DNA of 64,000 nucleotides. Source: an uncultured Gammaproteobacteria bacterium. Lineage in GTDB: Bacteria; Patescibacteriota; Microgenomatia; UBA1406. Shown one piece after another: positions 1 through 8,971 of the stretch. The stretch lies in assembly GCA_964414145.1 (NCBI GenBank), contig CAYPVH010000001.1:220851-284850 (forward strand), written 5' to 3'. Every line of letters starts with the position of its first letter. Position 1 is the stretch's first letter. A program made the translations under genes and the position numbers. The notes beneath the pieces were generated by a model that was not told where the DNA came from, did no database searches, and saw nothing but the letters and a program-made list of their open reading frames with translations.

Positions 1-120
1 GGTAGTGAAGAGCATAAATATAACAAAGACGATTTTGGCAAAGATATATGTATTTCTATTCTTTATACCCTGGTTGTGGTAATTTTAATACTTAAGGGCT
101 GGCTAAAACCACCGTTTTAG
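1..120 (+). CDS. 3' end of an unidentified CDS with a hydrophobic C-terminus, truncated by the window edge
   Basis: Frame 1 is open from nt 1 to the TAG at 118-120 (…DICISILYTLVVVILILKGWLKPPF*). No start codon lies in the window. Confidence 0.3.
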   Translation, partial: GSEEHKYNKDDFGKDICISILYTLVVVILILKGWLKPPF

Positions 121-130
121 TAAACAGTTC

Positions 131-595
131 TTAAACCCGAATATTCCACTTTTTAAGTAGCTTAAGGATCTCTTTAAGCTGTGCTTTCTGATAGTGATGA
201 ATATTTACCTCAAGTAACTTTTTAGGTGTATATTTTTTGTTATTCCATATAATTTTATTTTCAAGCTCTTTAGGAATATTACTGTACTCATCAACAAAAT
301 CTTTTCCTGCATTAATAAATTCCGAATAAACTAATTCCCAACTTAAACTTTCTCTTTTTGATACTTCCTTTTCATTAAAGTTATTTATGTTATCCCAATA
401 GGGAACTGGTTTGTTATTTTTAAGTTGTTTAATTGTATTGGTAAAAAATATGTCCCAGGCACAAAAGTGGGCAACTACATCTTTTAAGTTCCAGGTGCCA
501 AATAATATTTCATTTCGTTTGTTACTGGGGAATTTATTAATAGCTTTTATTAACTTTTCTCTTGCCTCTATAAATTCTTTTAACAGGTCTTTCAT
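131..595 (-). CDS. DinB-superfamily (DinB_2-like four-helix bundle) protein
   Basis: 154 aa. His-containing helices (DVVAHFCAWD … NIHHYQKAQL) are typical of the DinB/YfiT metal-binding fold. Family assignment is by eye only. Confidence 0.5.
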   Translation of the reverse strand: MKDLLKEFIEAREKLIKAINKFPSNKRNEILFGTWNLKDVVAHFCAWDIFFTNTIKQLKNNKPVPYWDNINNFNEKEVSKRESLSWELVYSEFINAGKDFVDEYSNIPKELENKIIWNNKKYTPKKLLEVNIHHYQKAQLKEILKLLKKWNIRV

Positions 596-598
596 AAT

Positions 599-973
599 TT
601 ATTTTTTTGAAAAAGGGCTTTCTTCTTTCTTAATATTCCGAATATGTTTTTCAAACTCAGGCTTAAATGCGGGTACTGTTAATAGAATCATTTTCATTTT
701 GCCAAAATAGTGAACCCTATTATTTGGCGGTAAAACAATTATGTCTTTCGAATTTACCGGTATTTTTTCGTCGTTTATTATAAATATACCTTCACCCGAA
801 ATTATGAACCACATGAATGTACTTTTAGTATGCAAAAATTCTTCAAAATGCCCTTCTTCAACTTCTTCATAAATAACGTTTGCATCTTTATTGTTAATTC
901 CATAAGAGCTAATATTAACACCGTATTTAATAAATTTTTTTGTATCTTTGTATGAAAATTTGTATTTTGGCAT
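599..973 (-). CDS. Small cupin-like protein
   Basis: 124 aa. A beta-rich core (EGHFEEFLHTKSTFMWFIISGEGIFII…IIVLPPNNRVHYF) resembles the cupin_2 motifs. It lies 3 nt upstream of the DinB-like gene on the same strand. Confidence 0.4.
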   Translation of the reverse strand: MPKYKFSYKDTKKFIKYGVNISSYGINNKDANVIYEEVEEGHFEEFLHTKSTFMWFIISGEGIFIINDEKIPVNSKDIIVLPPNNRVHYFGKMKMILLTVPAFKPEFEKHIRNIKKEESPFSKK

Positions 974-1044
974 AAAGTAATTTTAGCAGGTAGATTATTT
1001 ATGAATCAATCGCTTGTTGCGAAATGCAAAGCCGGAGGACATAC

Positions 1045-1344
1045 TTAAATATTTTTTAATGTTCTTTTAAGAATTTGTTTTAGCTGATCTCTGCCAAAGC
1101 CGGATTTCAAAAATACTTCTCTAGCTTTAGCATCAGCTTTATTGATGAAGTATTCGTAATGAATAAGGCTGAAAGGAGTACGTAGACGGGTAGATTTAAC
1201 CTGATTTTTAGAGTGTTGAGTTAGACGTATTTTTAAATCGGATGTAAAACCAATATACAAGCCTTTATCTCTTAAAAAATACAAAACATAAACATAATAC
1301 TTGTGATTGCCGTAAGAAGGAATAGAAACGTCTAACGTTTCCAT
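1045..1344 (-). CDS. GIY-YIG nuclease family protein (small, URI-domain only), copy 1
   Basis: Motifs YYVYVLY…GLYIGFTSDLKIRLTQH…E match GIY-(x10)-YIG + R + H + E. The start is moved to the ATG at 1344 because the track ORF's extension (to 1488) overlaps the tmRNA 3' end and hairpins. TATAAT lies 9 nt before the ATG and there is no SD. Confidence 0.75.
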   Translation of the reverse strand: METLDVSIPSYGNHKYYVYVLYFLRDKGLYIGFTSDLKIRLTQHSKNQVKSTRLRTPFSLIHYEYFINKADAKAREVFLKSGFGRDQLKQILKRTLKNI

Positions 1345-1370
1345 GTATTTATTATTATATAAAAAAGATG

Positions 1371-1387
1371 GGGGCGTCAAACGCCCC
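1371..1387 (-). terminator. Rho-independent terminator of ssrA
   Basis: On the minus strand the sequence reads GGGGCGTTTGACGCCCC followed by CATCTTTTTT. It is the third of three GC-rich hairpins after the tmRNA. Confidence 0.6.
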
Positions 1388-1395
1388 TCGCTTAA

Positions 1396-1455
1396 GCCAC
1401 GTTTGACGTGGCTTACAAACGCTGTTTCATTATGGTAGAACCGCGTTTGACGCGG
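1396..1455 (-). repeat. Two further hairpins in the tmRNA trailer sharing the same loop (CCGCG-TCAAA-CGCGG and GCCACG-TCAAA-CGTGGC)
   Basis: Read directly from the sequence at 1441-1455 and 1396-1412. The first hairpin begins at the CC that follows the tmRNA discriminator base. Confidence 0.7.
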
Positions 1456-1837
1456 TGGAGATGCCCGGAGTTGAACCGGGGTACACAAAAAGTAAGCCCT
1501 AAAGATTTTATAGCAAGTTTAGTTCAACAATAAAGTTAAACAGTTTTAAGACCGTTTGTGTTTCGGCGCCCGTAGGTAGGTCTTTTCCCGGTTTGCCAAA
1601 GCCGAAAGGTTTGCACTAAATACAGCTATCGGCGTCTGCTGTACTTAATGTCCCGCCAAGCGGGAAAAGCTGTTTACGCAGTTGCATAAGCAAAACGGTT
1701 AGCAAAAGCTCCCGCTTGCATAGCTTCTAGGTATTCAGCTTCTTCTGCGTCATTATCTGCAGTTGTTTTTCCTGTTTTACGGACAAGTCCGACCTGCAAT
1801 CTTTAAAGCACAATTTGTGGCAAAGCCCGTCATCCCC
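1454..1837 (-). ncRNA. ssrA: tmRNA (SsrA), one-piece
   Basis: The 5' end GGGGATG pairs with CATCTCC at the 3' end, giving a G3:U70 pair. The T-arm is CCCGG-TTCAACT-CCGGG, followed by discriminator A and CC. An internal reading frame ends …GCT AAC CGT TTT GCT TAT GCA ACT GCG TAA (…ANRFAYATA*). The gene is immediately downstream of smpB. Confidence 0.85.
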
Positions 1838-1880
1838 GCTAGAAATTTTTAACGAGACTTATGAGTTTAGAATTTCTTGC

Positions 1881-1908
1881 GTCTCGCCGAAGCTTTTGTA
1901 AAGGCGAA
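1881..1908 (-). repeat. Hairpin of the TTCGCC…GGCGAGAC family in the smpB-ssrA spacer
   Basis: The plus strand reads gtctcgccgaagcttttgtaaaggcgaa. The same arms (GTCTCGCCG / GGCGAA) occur in the repeats around 48264-48751 and at 41351-41368. Confidence 0.6.
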
Positions 1909-1917
1909 CACGCTTAA

Positions 1918-2370
1918 TCACTTCCTCAAATATTCTTTCACCATCTGTTTGTCTTTTCGCTTAATGTCTCGTTCTTTTTCAACAGACTTTATTTGGTGTG
2001 CTTTTCTACCTTTTGAAAGAGCAATCTCAAACTTAATGAGATTGCCCAGATTATAACATTTTAGCGGAATGATTGTCAAACCAGCCCGTTCTTTAATTTT
2101 ACCCCTTAATTTTGCCAGCTCGGCTTTATTTAATAAAAGCTTTCTTGAACGGGTAGGGTCATAGCTGTCTACTTGGGCATATTTATAAAGCGGAATATCT
2201 GCATTCACTAAATAAAGTTCATTCCCAACAAAACGAATATAGCTCCCTTTTAGGTTAAGTCTACCGCTTTTTATAGATTTAACTTCGGGTCCGGTTAATT
2301 TTATTCCTGCTTGGTATTTGCTAAGCACTTCATATTCACGAAGCACCTGGCGGTTTACAATCGGTTGCAT
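1918..2370 (-). CDS. smpB: SsrA-binding protein SmpB
   Basis: 150 aa. It carries the segments LTGPEVKSIKSG…LNLKGSYI, DIPLYKYA and YDPTRSRKLLLNKAEL, typical of SmpB. It is adjacent to the tmRNA. Confidence 0.9.
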   Translation of the reverse strand: MQPIVNRQVLREYEVLSKYQAGIKLTGPEVKSIKSGRLNLKGSYIRFVGNELYLVNADIPLYKYAQVDSYDPTRSRKLLLNKAELAKLRGKIKERAGLTIIPLKCYNLGNLIKFEIALSKGRKAHQIKSVEKERDIKRKDKQMVKEYLRK

Positions 2371-2579
2371 AAGTATTATTTTAGCATGAAAGATGTCAAG
2401 CTTTTATAATGCTATTGCTGTATTACTTAAAATACCTAAAAATCATCCTCCGGTTTTGCTTTTCGGTACGCTAACATAGTGGGTAGTTAATTAACTTTCT
2501 ACTTGCAATTGTTATTCTTGTTGCCCGCTGGTTGGGTTTGAGTATATAATACTGTTAACAAATAAGGAGATGATAACTA

Positions 2580-2723
2580 ATGAACCTTTCTTTTGATAAT
2601 TTAAGCCCCCTCGCTTCCTTGATATTTGGAGTACTAATTCTGGTATTTCCAAAATTTTTAAACTATCTAATTGCAGCCTATTTAATTATTATTGGATTAC
2701 TAGGCCTGGGATTAATTCAATAA
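2580..2723 (+). CDS. Small two-helix membrane protein, DUF3096-like
   Basis: 47-aa ORF below the track cutoff: MNLSFDNLSPLASLIFGVLILVFPKFLNYLIAAYLIIIGLLGLGLIQ*. An upstream TTGCCC-N16-TATATAAT looks like a promoter and GGAG lies 9 nt upstream of the ATG. Confidence 0.5.
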   Translation: MNLSFDNLSPLASLIFGVLILVFPKFLNYLIAAYLIIIGLLGLGLIQ

Positions 2724-2744
2724 TCGCTGATAGAAGATTTTTAA

Positions 2745-3279
2745 ATGGATAATCAAAAAAAGAGCGGGACAATTTGGCAAAAAAAACTTTATACACAATC
2801 CGAAGTAAATGATTTGCTCGAAAAACAAACTACAATAAAAACCGAAGAGAAAGCGAAACTAAACAGAAGAAAAGTTGCCAAATTAGTTAAGCGATCCAAC
2901 AGAATATTAGTAAGTATCTCTACCCATGCCTTTCCCTTTGATATATTTCCAGACACTGTTAACATTGAAGAGAGCAGAGTTACAATTGTTCGTCGTCGGC
3001 TTTTGTCTTCTTCCGCCCATAGCATTGATATAAGAAATATTAGTAACGTTTTTATTAACAGTTCGCTCTTTTTTTTCACAACTCGTGATTATTTCCAAAA
3101 CTTACGAAGAAAACGAAGCAAAGATAAGTAACTTAAGAACGAAAGAGGCGGTTTTTGCCAGAAGAATTATAGAGGGGTTAAGAATTTTTGAAAATAAAAA
3201 AATAGATACCTCAAGTTACACCAAGGAAGAACTTATTTCTAAACTTAAAAAACTAAGTACAACTAAAATTGTTACCTAA
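2745..3279 (+). pseudogene. Hypothetical protein split into two ORFs (2745-3131 and 3085-3279) by a +1 frame change at a T8 run
   Basis: The two ORFs overlap in adjacent frames. Changing the length of the T8 run at 3069-3076 by one base joins …NISNVFINSSLFF to SQLVIISKTYEENEAKISNLRTKEAV…. Confidence 0.45.
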
Positions 3280-3357
3280 ATTGTTTTAAACTCACATTAG
3301 GTATTTAGAATAACATTAAAATAATATAGGCGCCAAATCCTTTGTTATAATTAGCTA

Positions 3358-4122
3358 ATGAAAAATAAAATCATTATCTTCGATATTGATGGTACTGCTG
3401 TTGATTCTCCTAAACAAAAATTACCTACCACTGATTTGGTTGAGGCGATAAAAAAGATTGAAAATAGATACTATCTTTGCCCTGCAACCGGCAGATGTTT
3501 AACTTTTGCTAAAGATATATTAAAGTCCTTAAACATTAAAGATTTATGTATTCTTTCTGGCGGTACTCAAATCTATGATCCACAAACCGAAAAAATTGTT
3601 TGGAAAAAAGATATTGAGTCTAAAGCTTTAGAAACAGTTATTAATATCTTCAAAAAAACAAACGGAAAACAAAGATTAATCTACAACGACTATACCGAAG
3701 ACGACTATTTTTTTGGAGGCGTTCTGCCACATGATTTTAACACCAATCAAAAAGTTAATTGGCTTTCACAAAGTTTTGTTCCCGAAAGTTTAGCCATCAA
3801 AATGTATCAGGAACTTAATACTGTAAAAGGCATTTCTTGTGTTATGGTTGTGGCTCAAAAACCAAATACCAGAGATTTGCATATCGTAAACAGTAAGGCA
3901 ACTAAAGAGCATGCAATTACCGAACTCTTGAAAAGAGTAGGTTTAAACAAAGTGGCTTCCATTGGCATTGGTGACGGCCACAACGATCTGCATTTGTTTA
4001 ATGCGGTTAAACTTAAAGTTGCAATGGGAAATGCCGTTGAAGAGTTAAAGAAATCTGCAAATATCACAATCAAACCTGTTCAGGAAGATGGTTTGGCAAG
4101 ATATTTTGAAAGCCTTTTTTAA
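3358..4122 (+). CDS. Cof-type HAD-IIB phosphatase
   Basis: Carries motif I IIFDIDGT, motif III/IV GIGDGHNDLHLF and AMGNA, with a cap domain in between. Confidence 0.8.
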   Translation: MKNKIIIFDIDGTAVDSPKQKLPTTDLVEAIKKIENRYYLCPATGRCLTFAKDILKSLNIKDLCILSGGTQIYDPQTEKIVWKKDIESKALETVINIFKKTNGKQRLIYNDYTEDDYFFGGVLPHDFNTNQKVNWLSQSFVPESLAIKMYQELNTVKGISCVMVVAQKPNTRDLHIVNSKATKEHAITELLKRVGLNKVASIGIGDGHNDLHLFNAVKLKVAMGNAVEELKKSANITIKPVQEDGLARYFESLF

Positions 4123-4152
4123 ATCCACAGAGTCTCTTTTAGCAATTCTATC

Positions 4153-4683
4153 TTAGTCATCTACGTACTCAATTATCTTGTCTACCACCTTCTTGGGTGG
4201 TGTATTGGTATTATCTATATTTAAACTCTTTTTGTAGGGAATGGTGGCGGTCAAGTTATATTTTGTAAATAACTCCTCAAGTATTTCGGCCTTATTGATC
4301 TTGTTGGTTGTTTGCCTGGACTTATTTGTAACTCTTTTAAATAGTTCTTTTTTAGAACAATTCAATTTAATAAAAATTACTTTTCCACCATTGTCTTCAA
4401 CCGCACTAATTACTCTTTCAATAAAATCATTATCTACATTACCTCCATAAACAAACGTGAAAATTACACCTTTTATATTCGATAAGGCTGCTTCGCCAAA
4501 TAGGGTTATTCTAAACTGTTCATTAAGTTTTCTAAATTGTCGACTACCAAAATCAAAAACGGCATTTACTAGATCAACTGTTAAATGATTATGAAACAGT
4601 TTATAACCGGTTCGTTCAGATAATAATTTGGCAACTGTTAATTTGCCTGAAGCAGGCGGGCCATAGATAAATATTAGTTTCAT
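4153..4683 (-). CDS. P-loop kinase/ATPase-like protein
   Basis: Walker A motif IYGPPASGKLTVAK at the N-terminus. At 176 aa it is the size of a small nucleotide or antibiotic kinase-like protein. Confidence 0.5.
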   Translation of the reverse strand: MKLIFIYGPPASGKLTVAKLLSERTGYKLFHNHLTVDLVNAVFDFGSRQFRKLNEQFRITLFGEAALSNIKGVIFTFVYGGNVDNDFIERVISAVEDNGGKVIFIKLNCSKKELFKRVTNKSRQTTNKINKAEILEELFTKYNLTATIPYKKSLNIDNTNTPPKKVVDKIIEYVDD

Positions 4684-4701
4684 AAAAGCAATTTTAGCAA
4701 A

Positions 4702-6399
4702 CTAATCAGTTATAACTTTATTGCCAATAACTTTTATAGCCACAAATATAAGTCCAACAAAACTTAAAACCGTTATTAGGTTTCCCAGTTTTTCAATGTT
4801 TGTTTGTCTGTAAATAATTGTTATCCCTGCCGGCTTTGTAAGTATTATTTTCGGTCGCCCCAGCTTGTCGAATGTTGTTGGCGTTACTTCTTTATTGTTA
4901 ACCAAAATCTGCCAATAGGGAAAGTAGTGAATGTTTATAAAAATCGTTCCTTTTTCTTTAATAACTACTTGTTTTTCAAAAACTTCGTTTTTTAAAACTT
5001 TAAACTTTGCTTTTGTAGTAACGGGAAGTTTTGTATTAAGCCTCAGTTTACGATAATTGCTTGTTTTTCGATTAAGAGTGGCCCAGTAAGGGTAATCTGC
5101 TTTACTGCTGATGTATTCGGGCATCATATAGGCCATATCTTTGGTGCGATACTCGTACGAGTCAAATTTTTGGTTATAAGCAGAAAACTTATACATCGGT
5201 TTAATTAAGTATTTTCGGGCGGTAACAAAACTAACAATAATTAAAAAAAGAATGGCAATATTTTTGAAGGGCATTTTTAATTTCTCAAAAAAATAAGCTC
5301 CTAAATAGGCGCCACCAAACATGGCAGACAGCATAAAGCGCCAAGGGAATTGGAAGAGCGCTACAATGGGCGAAAACAAATCCCAAATTGGTTTTGAATA
5401 ACTTGTTGTCATGAATAACGAGCCCAAAAACAACAAGGCAATGAAAATAGTTATTTTTGTGTTTGTGTCTGTTTTCTTTTTTAACAAAACCTGCAAAGTA
5501 ACCGGTACCAGCCCCAAAATTCCCAGTAAAAAGTGAATTTTTCCCAACTTAAAACTCATCATATCGCCTTCGCAGCCTGGCAGTGACGGGCCAAAGAACC
5601 AACCATTTGAAGACCAAAATTGCTTAATACAAAGAAAATGGTCGCCATAATAGTAGTTGCCAATTATGTTTTTGGTTTGGGTAAAGCCGGTCTCAAATAG
5701 GGCCGGCAGTAAAAAATAAGCCCCTAAACCCAGCCCAAAAAATATTGCCGCCAAATTCCTCTTTTTGTTTTTCAGGAGCAGTGAAAAAACAATTGTTAAG
5801 GGCAAAGCAAGCAGTGAAAAAATGTTATGAACTGTAAACAAAGCAAACAACGAAAGACCGGTTAAGAAGAACATTGATTTGGAGGCGGCACGCGAATTTT
5901 CAATTAGTAGTGCCAAGCAGAGGGGCAGTAAGGCTAAAAACCAAACTTCGGCCAGGTTACCCCGGATCATAATTTCGGTGGCAAAATAGGTGGAAGTAAC
6001 ATATAAAGTGGCCCCCAGCAAACTGGGCAAATAACTAAAATTTCTTTTTAAAAAATAAAACATTGCTAAATAACTACCAACAAATGCGGCAAAAAAAGAA
6101 AATTTAAGTGCAGCAACCGTACTTAAACCAATAAAGCTAAGAGCTGCAGTTAACCAATAAGCAAGTGGGGCGTAGAAGTTAAACAAAGGAAAGCCCAAAT
6201 TAAAAGATAATTCGGGTGCTAACCGCGGCGGTAACTGGTCTTGTTTTAAATTAAGAACAAACTGGTGTACCCGAGCCAGTTGGGTTTCGTCGTGAAAATC
6301 AAACATCTGCCCGCCGAGTGGGTTTAAAGAAGGCAGGCAAATATAAATTAGCAAACCCAAACTTAAAGCAAATAGCAACTGTTTAAATCTGTTTTTCAT
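4702..6399 (-). CDS. Large polytopic membrane protein, probable glycosyltransferase-C-fold or YfhO-like
   Basis: Has about 12 or more hydrophobic helices and a soluble C-terminal domain. The start is set at MKNRFKQLLF (ATG 6399), just after the stop of the upstream gene. Confidence 0.45.
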   Translation of the reverse strand: MKNRFKQLLFALSLGLLIYICLPSLNPLGGQMFDFHDETQLARVHQFVLNLKQDQLPPRLAPELSFNLGFPLFNFYAPLAYWLTAALSFIGLSTVAALKFSFFAAFVGSYLAMFYFLKRNFSYLPSLLGATLYVTSTYFATEIMIRGNLAEVWFLALLPLCLALLIENSRAASKSMFFLTGLSLFALFTVHNIFSLLALPLTIVFSLLLKNKKRNLAAIFFGLGLGAYFLLPALFETGFTQTKNIIGNYYYGDHFLCIKQFWSSNGWFFGPSLPGCEGDMMSFKLGKIHFLLGILGLVPVTLQVLLKKKTDTNTKITIFIALLFLGSLFMTTSYSKPIWDLFSPIVALFQFPWRFMLSAMFGGAYLGAYFFEKLKMPFKNIAILFLIIVSFVTARKYLIKPMYKFSAYNQKFDSYEYRTKDMAYMMPEYISSKADYPYWATLNRKTSNYRKLRLNTKLPVTTKAKFKVLKNEVFEKQVVIKEKGTIFINIHYFPYWQILVNNKEVTPTTFDKLGRPKIILTKPAGITIIYRQTNIEKLGNLITVLSFVGLIFVAIKVIGNKVITD

Positions 6400-6401
6400 A
6401 G

Positions 6402-7805
6402 TTATTTTTGTTTTAGTAACACCGCACTTAAATTTGTGGTGCAACTAAATTTGTTTTCAGTTTTAAAGTTACCAAAAAGTTCCAGCTCATAATACATACT
6501 TTCTTTAGTAAATTTGCCCGAGTCTTCAACCACCAACATTTTTTTAGCTTTTGTTTTATCTTCCTCAATATGAACTATATTACAACCATTCTTCATTAAT
6601 AAATACCTGTGTTCGGGGCCAAAGTGGTACGGGTAAAGTGAAGACGTAACCGAAACAAATATGGGCTTAGTTAATTGTTGGCAAATCTTGCTGTAGCAGT
6701 TATTCATTTCTTTAACAGTTCTGGGGCTTTTGGTAAAGTAACTATTTATTTGTAAGGGTTGTAAATAAAAAAATAATAATACAACCAATATTGGTAATAA
6801 AACTTTTCTGTTCAACTGTGTTATAAACACAAAAAGGCTGCTACTAATTGCAAATATGTAGTGCGCTTGTAAATTAAAAGGAGAAAGCAAGGTTAATAAA
6901 GTAGTGAGAAAAAAAAGCATAGCGGCAAGTTTAATATTAGTCTCCTTTTGTCTAAAAATATAAAAGGTATTTAAACAAAAAATAAAAAAAAGAAACAGGT
7001 AACCCAAAAGCGGAATATTAATGCCTAATATATGAAGGTTTAATGAGTTTAATTTGGCAACTAATCCCATCCCGGTTTGGTAAACTTGCTGGCTTTGCCA
7101 AAAATAACCTTGTAACATGAGGCGTTTTAACAGTTGGAAAAGGGTAGTAAAGTTAAGAAAAAACAGAGAAGCAAGGGTAACCAATAAAAATTTTGGCAGA
7201 ATTTCTCTTCTGTAAAAAGCCAGTATTACTGTATAGCTAACAATAACTACAATTGCCGAATAATGAAAAGAAATGGCAACAGCGGTAAGAAATGCCGACA
7301 GCCATAAATATTTCCGCCTTTTATTTTTAATAAAAACCAGAAAAGTAAACAAAGAAGTAACCAAAAGAGGCGGTAAAAAAGATGGGTTCCAAATAAACCG
7401 GCCCTGCAGAATGTGTTGAGGGTTAAGGACGGTGAGCAAGAACGTTAAAAGTACCCCTCTTTCAAGATTGGGGTACGGCTTGGTAATTTTTACAGAAAGC
7501 AAAAACAGAGCAATATAAAAAAAAGCATTACAAATTAAGGCGCTGTATGCTGATAGACCCGTTAATAAATAGAAAGGCATTAAAAGATAAAAATAAATGG
7601 GGCTTTGGTTTATGGGCAAAGCGCTGGTTTGGGGACCAAGCAACGGAAGTTTGCCTTGCCTTAACCATTCATACAAAACCATTAGGTCGCGACCCATATC
7701 GTTAAAGAAAAATAAAGTTTGATCTATTAAGTAAAAGCGGGTAAACAAGAACAAGGCAATTAAAACCAAAATTATCATCTTGTTTTTCATTATATTAGTA
7801 TACAA
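6402..7805 (-). CDS. GT39/ArnT-like (PMT_2) membrane glycosyltransferase
   Basis: Polytopic protein. The first-loop motif FFFNDMGRDL is typical of ArnT/PMT-like enzymes. It sits in tandem with another large membrane protein. Confidence 0.5.
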   Translation of the reverse strand: MYTNIMKNKMIILVLIALFLFTRFYLIDQTLFFFNDMGRDLMVLYEWLRQGKLPLLGPQTSALPINQSPIYFYLLMPFYLLTGLSAYSALICNAFFYIALFLLSVKITKPYPNLERGVLLTFLLTVLNPQHILQGRFIWNPSFLPPLLVTSLFTFLVFIKNKRRKYLWLSAFLTAVAISFHYSAIVVIVSYTVILAFYRREILPKFLLVTLASLFFLNFTTLFQLLKRLMLQGYFWQSQQVYQTGMGLVAKLNSLNLHILGINIPLLGYLFLFFIFCLNTFYIFRQKETNIKLAAMLFFLTTLLTLLSPFNLQAHYIFAISSSLFVFITQLNRKVLLPILVVLLFFYLQPLQINSYFTKSPRTVKEMNNCYSKICQQLTKPIFVSVTSSLYPYHFGPEHRYLLMKNGCNIVHIEEDKTKAKKMLVVEDSGKFTKESMYYELELFGNFKTENKFSCTTNLSAVLLKQK

Positions 7806-8060
7806 GAGAGCGCTAAATTTCTAAGGAATACTTGTGTTTTATGTTTTGTAACAAGCGCCCTCACGTTAGGAATTGAAATTAGTTACAGATATATTTTAAT
7901 AGAATCACGGTTTGGCTTTTAGTAATAAATGTTGAATACTATAGTCTACATAATAGATATATTAGCAAGTAAAAAGGAGCAGAACTATTAAACATTACTT
8001 TTGTACCTCGGGGGTTAGAACCTCGGGGATGCTAAGTGGGAATATTGTTATAATTTTAAT

Positions 8061-8858
8061 ATGCTGGTTTTTATTCTTACAATTCTATTTCTGGCCTTTT
8101 CACTAATTGCCCTTATTTTGTTTTGGTTAAATTTATTTTTTTATGCCAATGATTTTTCCAAAAAAACAGTTTCTTTATCAAAAAAGTTAAATAAGATCTT
8201 AATCATCTTCCCACACCCCGACGACGAGGTATTAACTTGTAGTGGCTTAATGGCAAAAGCTAAAGAGCAAGGCATTTTAACTACTTTAGCGGTTTTAACC
8301 AAAGGGGAAAAGGGAACACCGGAAGGCAAAGAAGAGAAAGGTTTAAAAGCTGTTCGCGAAAAAGAACTAAATAAAGTTAGCCAAATTTACGGGGTTAACA
8401 AAACTATTCTAACAGATATGGGTGACGGCGAATTGGGCAGTAAACAAAAAGAAATAGAAGCAGTTGTAAAAAAATTAGTAAATCAAGAAAAACCAGAACT
8501 GATTATTACTTATGACTTGTCTGGTCTTTATGGCCACTCAGACCATATTGCTGTTTCGAGGGCGGTAACCAAAGTTGTAAAAACAATAGGAAATGTGCAG
8601 CTTTGGTACACTTCTTTACCAAGACGAGTTTACAAACTTATTAAACTGCCTGTTGAAATGGCAAAGAATAAGGCATTTATTGAAAATCGCAAATTTCCAA
8701 CTCATAAAATATTTATCGGGACTCATATATTCAAAAAAATAAAAGCGCTCTATACTTATAAAAGCCAGCTTTTTGCTTTTCGCAAAGGTTATCCAAAACC
8801 TTTTCCTTTATGGTTTTTTGTGTCGATTATGCTTTTTGAATATTTTCACGAAGTTTAA
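8061..8858 (+). CDS. PIG-L/LmbE-family deacetylase with an N-terminal TM helix
   Basis: Carries the zinc-site motifs IFPHPDDEVL and GHSDHIAVS. Confidence 0.75.
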   Translation: MLVFILTILFLAFSLIALILFWLNLFFYANDFSKKTVSLSKKLNKILIIFPHPDDEVLTCSGLMAKAKEQGILTTLAVLTKGEKGTPEGKEEKGLKAVREKELNKVSQIYGVNKTILTDMGDGELGSKQKEIEAVVKKLVNQEKPELIITYDLSGLYGHSDHIAVSRAVTKVVKTIGNVQLWYTSLPRRVYKLIKLPVEMAKNKAFIENRKFPTHKIFIGTHIFKKIKALYTYKSQLFAFRKGYPKPFPLWFFVSIMLFEYFHEV

Positions 8859-8867
8859 ACCCCAAAG

Positions 8868-8886
8868 CAACACCGCTTCGGTGTTG
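8868..8886 (+). terminator. Putative terminator hairpin after the PIG-L gene
   Basis: CAACACC-GCTTC-GGTGTTG followed by a weak TTGT tract. Confidence 0.45.
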
Positions 8887-8971
8887 TTGTAAGCTATAAA
8901 TAAAAATTGGGATTAGGCTAATAATACGCTCTGTATCTTATGTATGTGGGCTGATTATGATATAATTCCTT

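Noticed and set aside
1345-1488. N-terminal 48-codon extension of GIY-YIG copy 1 in the ORF track
   Set aside because: The extension overlaps the tmRNA 3' end, its terminator and two hairpins. An internal ATG at 1344, preceded by TATAAT, gives a normal-length GIY-YIG protein.
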